A DNA stretch of 64,000 nt from an archaeon. Lineage in GTDB: Archaea > Undinarchaeota > CAZHTU01 > JBDRCC01. Position 1 is the stretch's first letter. Each line of letters begins with the position of its first letter. The translations under genes were made by a program, and so were the position numbers. The notes beneath the pieces are model-generated. The model searched no databases. It saw only the letters and a program-made list of their open reading frames with translations, and was not told where the DNA came from. The stretch lies in assembly GCA_043822065.1 (NCBI GenBank), contig JBDRCC010000020.1:32001-96000 (forward strand), given 5' to 3'. Positions 59,538-64,000 of this stretch are shown here, piece after piece.

Positions 59538-60617
59538 CTAATCCATCTTGTATCTCAGGAAGGCGGCAAACCCGCCAATCCTGAAAAGCTGTTCGCCCTC
59601 AGGCGTCTCACGCGATATAAGCATGACCTTCGTCCCGAACTCCTGGGACCTCTTGACTATGCCATCGGCAACCGCCTTGTCCGCGCCCTCTGATACCAGT
59701 ATGGTGTCCGCAGCCCCCTGCTCAAGCGCCTTTAAGACATAGTCCTTGCCGTACGTCACAGCGCCGTCTTTTGCAATCTCGTCCAGAAGCCTCCGTATCA
59801 CCTGCTTCTCTTTCGTTATCTCCGCATCCTTGAGGAGGTCCTCTGACCTCTGGACAAGCTCCTCCAGCCCGTAGGATCCTGTATACCCGATGTCGACGAC
59901 GCCAAGTATCTTGCTGGTGAGGCTCGGCGGTATATTGTCTAAAAATTCGTTCTTGCTATGGCCAGGTCCGCCGACTATTATCCCCTTAACTTCAGCATCC
60001 TTGAGTATCTCTATCGAGGACTCTACAATCTGCTTGTACCAGTCCTTTGCGAGGTTCTCTATGACGCGCTCGAACCTTGCCGCGGACTGCCCCCCTGCCC
60101 TGAATTTTCCGGGAACCATGCTTGACATGTGCTTTACCGGGACAATCCTCTTGCCCTTCAGGAATGCGATGTCAGCCTCCCGCCTGTCGACTACTATCAG
60201 CGCATAAACGTCCTTTTCCTTGACCATCTCGAGCAGCGGGTCGAGGACGAACTCCTGCGAGCACCGGTAAAGCGCAATCTTCAGCGGGTCCGGCGGGATT
60301 AGGGAATGCAGCTGGATGTCCTCCCTGCCCTCCGTCTGCGAGACGTTCCCGCAGAAAACGGCCAGCCCGTTTTTCGGCGTCTGCTTGAAGAGCTTGAGGT
60401 GCTGGATTATCCGCTCAAGGGCGGCTGTGACGTTTTTCCTTGTCGTCTTGGACTTGATGTTCTGGCTCGTCCCCTGCTCGTCGTAAAGCTTGCCTATGAC
60501 CTTGTTGATGTCGTAGCCGTCAGGTATGTAGACCGTAATCAGTTCGGTGTGCCTCCCGCGCTGGTTGGTGAGCTCTTCAATCTCCCGCTTAAACCTGTAT
60601 GCTTCAATATCCGTCAT
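59538..60617 (-). CDS. prf1: Peptide chain release factor aRF1
   Basis: NIKS, YRC...F, GGQS. Confidence 0.95.
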   Translation of the reverse strand: MTDIEAYRFKREIEELTNQRGRHTELITVYIPDGYDINKVIGKLYDEQGTSQNIKSKTTRKNVTAALERIIQHLKLFKQTPKNGLAVFCGNVSQTEGREDIQLHSLIPPDPLKIALYRCSQEFVLDPLLEMVKEKDVYALIVVDRREADIAFLKGKRIVPVKHMSSMVPGKFRAGGQSAARFERVIENLAKDWYKQIVESSIEILKDAEVKGIIVGGPGHSKNEFLDNIPPSLTSKILGVVDIGYTGSYGLEELVQRSEDLLKDAEITKEKQVIRRLLDEIAKDGAVTYGKDYVLKALEQGAADTILVSEGADKAVADGIVKRSQEFGTKVMLISRETPEGEQLFRIGGFAAFLRYKMD

Positions 60618-60627
60618 ATAAAGAGGA

Positions 60628-63036
60628 CTAATCTTCTACTTTTATAAATATTCTCTCAGAAACCTTGTCGCCGCCTTTTTTGTCAGAATACTCGATTTCG
60701 CCTATTTTCATGGTCGCCTTAATCGTGGATTCCATCCCCCTCAAGTCTTCCTCCGAGCTGATGACCACCTTGCCGAGCGCGGCATTCATTGACATGTTCC
60801 GCTCCGTCTTGTACTTCCTTAGGTAGGCGATTGCCTCTATCGCCTGCGAGACAAGCCCTTCCGCTCCCTTGTCGGCTTCTTCAGCCTCAGGCCATTTCGC
60901 GAATGAGATGCTGGTCTCCTTTTTCCCTGGAAGGCATGAGTATATTTCCTCGCAGAAGAACGGGGCTACTGGCGAGAGCAGGGTGGCAGTTGTCTTCAGG
61001 ACGGTGTACAGCGTGTACTGCGCAGCTTCCCTGGTCGCCTTCCCGTACTTCTCCGGCTCGTACAGCCTGTGCTTTACCATCTCAAGGTAGTTGTCGCAGA
61101 AGTCCTTCCAGATGAACTGCTGGACCGGCTGGACCGCATTTATGAACTCAAACTTCTCGAACGCATCCGTGACCGAGGCGGCAAGCGCTGACAGCTTTGA
61201 GAGTATCCACCTGTCTTCGGCTTCAAGCTTTGGCGCATTCCCTCCCTTGTAGTCCTCAAGGTGCATCATGGCGAACCTAGCGGCGTTCCAGAACTTCGTA
61301 AGGAACTTGTGGGAGTACTCGACGTCCTTCCAGGAGAATGGCAGGTCTGAGCCCGGAACGGAGTATGACGCCCACATCCTAAGCGAGTCTGCGCCGTACT
61401 TCCTTATCGCCTCGTCCGGCGCGACGTAGTTGTTGAAGCTCTTGCTCATCTTCCTCCCGTCCTCGCCGTGGACCATACCGTTTACCATTACCTCCTTGAA
61501 CGGGACCTTCCCTGTCAGCTCAAGGCACCTGAAAGTCGTATAGAACAGCCAGGTCCGTATTATCTCGTAGCCCTGCGGCCTGTTGCTCACGGGGTATGCC
61601 ATCTTGAAGACGTCGTCTTTCTTTTTCCATCCGCTCGCGACAAGCGGGCTTATTGACGAGTCAACCCAGCAGTCGCACACTTCGGGCGGCGCGTCCATTT
61701 TATCAGAGCCGCACTTGGGGCACTTCTTAATCGGCGGCTTCTGCGTCGTCGGGTCTACGGGCAGGTCATCCTCCCTGGCAGGTATTATCTCCCCGCACTG
61801 GCAGTACCAGAAGGGTATCGGCGTGCCGAAGACCCTCTGCCGGGATATTACCCAGTCCCAGTCAAGGCCGTACGCCCAGTCCGTAAGCCTCCTAAGCATG
61901 TACTCCGGGAACCACTTCATCTGCTTCCCGCCCTCTGCAATCATCTCGCTCTTATCCCTGAGCTTTATGAACCACTGGAAGGTCGGTATCATCTCGACCG
62001 GCTGCCTGCAAGCGCCCCTCTCTGCGTGGACGAGGACGTTGTGCCTGAACTTTTCGGTCTTCTTCAGCGCACCCTCCTTCTCAAGGTCCTTGAGGAACTG
62101 CTCTCTCGCCCCCTTCGCAGTCAGGCCGGCATACTTGCCTGCCGCCTCAGTCATCTTTCCGTCCCTTCCTATGGCGCTTATGACCGGCAATTTGTATTTC
62201 GCCTGCCACTTGAAGTCCATCTCGTCGCCGTAGGTGCAGACGTACACTGCGCCTGTCCCGAACTCCCGGTCAACGTCAGAGTCTGCAAGTATCGGCACCT
62301 GCCTGTTGAAGACCGGCAGGGTCGCCTTCTTGTTGTGAAACGCCTTGTACCTCTCGTCGTCCGGGTGGACGAGAACGGCAACGCACGCCGGGCTTAGCTC
62401 CGGCCGCGTGGTCGCAATCTGTATCGGCTTTCCTGCGTCAGTCTTGAACTCGATGTAATGGAGCGTGCCGTCCATCTCGGAATATCCGAGCTCGGCGTTC
62501 GCTATCGCAGTGCCGCACTTCGTGCACCAGTGGGTCGGGTGCTCCTTGCGGTATATCATTCCTTTCCTGAAAAATTCAAGAAGCGACGACTGGACCCGCG
62601 CCTTGTAGTCCGCATCCATCGTCCTGTACTCATAATCCCAGTCCGCAGAGTAGCCCATCTCGTCAAACTGCCGCTTCATACCGGTTATGCACTTCTCTGT
62701 CCACTCTATGCACTTCTTCCTGAACTCATCCCGGTTCTCCTTTGGTATCTTGTACTCAGTCTCGACCCTGAGCTCTGTAGGCAGGCCGTGGCAGTCGAAC
62801 CCCTGCGGGAGGAGGACGTTGTGCCCGGTGAGCCTCTTGTACCTGGCAACAAAGTCTATCCATGAGTGGTTGAGCGAATGCCCCATGTGGAGGGTGCCGG
62901 AGGTGAACGGCGGCGGCGTGTCAAAGGAGTAGACCGGCTTCTTTGACTTCCTGTCAAAGGCGAAAATCTTCTCCTTCTTCCAGAGGTCAGTCCACTTCTT
63001 CTGGAGCTCAAGATGGTCATACCTCTTGCCTAGCAT
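60628..63036 (-). CDS. valS: Valyl-tRNA synthetase
   Basis: DTPPP, HMGH, WVISRQR, KMSKS. Confidence 0.95.
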   Translation of the reverse strand: MLGKRYDHLELQKKWTDLWKKEKIFAFDRKSKKPVYSFDTPPPFTSGTLHMGHSLNHSWIDFVARYKRLTGHNVLLPQGFDCHGLPTELRVETEYKIPKENRDEFRKKCIEWTEKCITGMKRQFDEMGYSADWDYEYRTMDADYKARVQSSLLEFFRKGMIYRKEHPTHWCTKCGTAIANAELGYSEMDGTLHYIEFKTDAGKPIQIATTRPELSPACVAVLVHPDDERYKAFHNKKATLPVFNRQVPILADSDVDREFGTGAVYVCTYGDEMDFKWQAKYKLPVISAIGRDGKMTEAAGKYAGLTAKGAREQFLKDLEKEGALKKTEKFRHNVLVHAERGACRQPVEMIPTFQWFIKLRDKSEMIAEGGKQMKWFPEYMLRRLTDWAYGLDWDWVISRQRVFGTPIPFWYCQCGEIIPAREDDLPVDPTTQKPPIKKCPKCGSDKMDAPPEVCDCWVDSSISPLVASGWKKKDDVFKMAYPVSNRPQGYEIIRTWLFYTTFRCLELTGKVPFKEVMVNGMVHGEDGRKMSKSFNNYVAPDEAIRKYGADSLRMWASYSVPGSDLPFSWKDVEYSHKFLTKFWNAARFAMMHLEDYKGGNAPKLEAEDRWILSKLSALAASVTDAFEKFEFINAVQPVQQFIWKDFCDNYLEMVKHRLYEPEKYGKATREAAQYTLYTVLKTTATLLSPVAPFFCEEIYSCLPGKKETSISFAKWPEAEEADKGAEGLVSQAIEAIAYLRKYKTERNMSMNAALGKVVISSEEDLRGMESTIKATMKIGEIEYSDKKGGDKVSERIFIKVED

Positions 63037-63072
63037 AGCAACAAAATAGGGGGAGTATATTATAAGCGTTAC

Positions 63073-63678
63073 CTAAACTGCTATCATCCCGACCAGCTGC
63101 GCCCCGAAAATCCAGAAGAACCACATGTGCCAGATGGTGTTGAAGAGGGCGTACTGCAGCTGGAAGAACGGCGGCCTTTCCCCCAGGACAATCCTGAGCG
63201 GCGTCGTGACGATGTACTGCGGTATTATGAACTGGAGGATGTACAGCACCATGCTGCCGCCTGCGTACGGGTACATGCTCGGCAGAACCACGCAGAAGAC
63301 AATCCTCGTAAGGAACGTCACAGGCGTCTGCTGTGGGAACTCAAAGCACGCCAGCGCCTCTATTATCACTGTGACTATCGAAAATATCAGCCCGTAAAAT
63401 ACCCCGCCATAAATCGTCACTAGTATAGTCAGCCCCATCCCGACCTTGAACGACAGCGCCGGCCTGAACCTGTCCGGGAACCTCGTGAAGACGCTTATCG
63501 CCATGAATGTAATCAGCGCAAAATAGAACCCGCCTGGCTTCTCAAGCCCGTACTTAAGGGCGAGGAAGTAAAAGGCAAAAAGGAATGCCGAGCCAAGGGC
63601 GAGTATGCTGGCTATGCCTGAGCTAGTTGGGACCATGTCTATAACTACATCCGTGATACCGCGCTTTCCCCCGTACAT
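63073..63678 (-). CDS. Multi-TM hypothetical membrane protein
   Basis: About six hydrophobic segments; TATA upstream. Confidence 0.65.
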   Translation of the reverse strand: MYGGKRGITDVVIDMVPTSSGIASILALGSAFLFAFYFLALKYGLEKPGGFYFALITFMAISVFTRFPDRFRPALSFKVGMGLTILVTIYGGVFYGLIFSIVTVIIEALACFEFPQQTPVTFLTRIVFCVVLPSMYPYAGGSMVLYILQFIIPQYIVTTPLRIVLGERPPFFQLQYALFNTIWHMWFFWIFGAQLVGMIAV

Positions 63679-63751
63679 GCCTCTATATACTAGTGCTCTG
63701 CCTGCTTAATATAAACCTTTCGCTGATACCGTATATACTATCAGCTTATAA

Positions 63752-64000
63752 TCAGCCAGACGCAGGGGGCTGCTCTTCGCGCGTGAGTATCCGCCTCTCT
63801 ATGTCCCGCTTAAGCGCGTCAATGTCAAGCTGAACCTTCTCAAGCCCCTTCAGCAGCCTTTCCTTCTCTGCGTCGAGCTCGTCAGCAATCTGGTACCTCT
63901 TTATCGCCTCGTTGAAGTCGTCCAGGTCAAGGGTAGAATAGCGTGATTTGCCCATTCTCTTAGCCACGTTTTTTGAAATCTCGCCAAGCCAGAAATTCAT
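63752..64000 (-). CDS. Hypothetical protein, probably only the 3' part
   Basis: Open to the window edge; coiled-coil end. Confidence 0.5.
   Translation of the reverse strand: MNFWLGEISKNVAKRMGKSRYSTLDLDDFNEAIKRYQIADELDAEKERLLKGLEKVQLDIDALKRDIERRILTREEQPPASG

Noticed and set aside
1-64000. CRISPR array, rRNA, integrase, transposase, reverse transcriptase
   Set aside because: No regular repeat-spacer pattern or matching motifs seen

Overview
Archaeal chromosomal window (TFE, aRF1, thermosome, archaeal MAT, intron-containing tRNAs, TATA promoters); a DPANN-like lineage is inferred, not proven. Main contents: (1) an iron-cofactor region at 2-12 kb with a HypC-HydE fusion, a full-motif HydG and a GNAT-CoA-binding fusion, divergent from a DtxR-feoA-feoB operon with twin operators, next to a DUF134/NifX/permease/radical SAM operon; (2) a 1715-aa four-LamG surface protein and a truncated P-type ATPase beside tRNA-Ser; (3) housekeeping genes (class II lysS, elp3, sppA, trmB, prs, rpiA, topA, NAD kinase, valS, pyrE-D-K-C-F); (4) one M24 plus three M29 aminopeptidases, with two ORFs ending in the same PRFPVPSPD tail, one an unannotated 35-aa ORF; (5) a free-standing LAGLIDADG gene abutting a rare tRNA-Ile(UAU); (6) a short hairpin repeat found at two gene ends and partly inside a tRNA-Ala intron; (7) a candidate C/D-box sRNA; (8) a type IV pilus operon. 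Family assignments come from motif recognition only; no searches were run.
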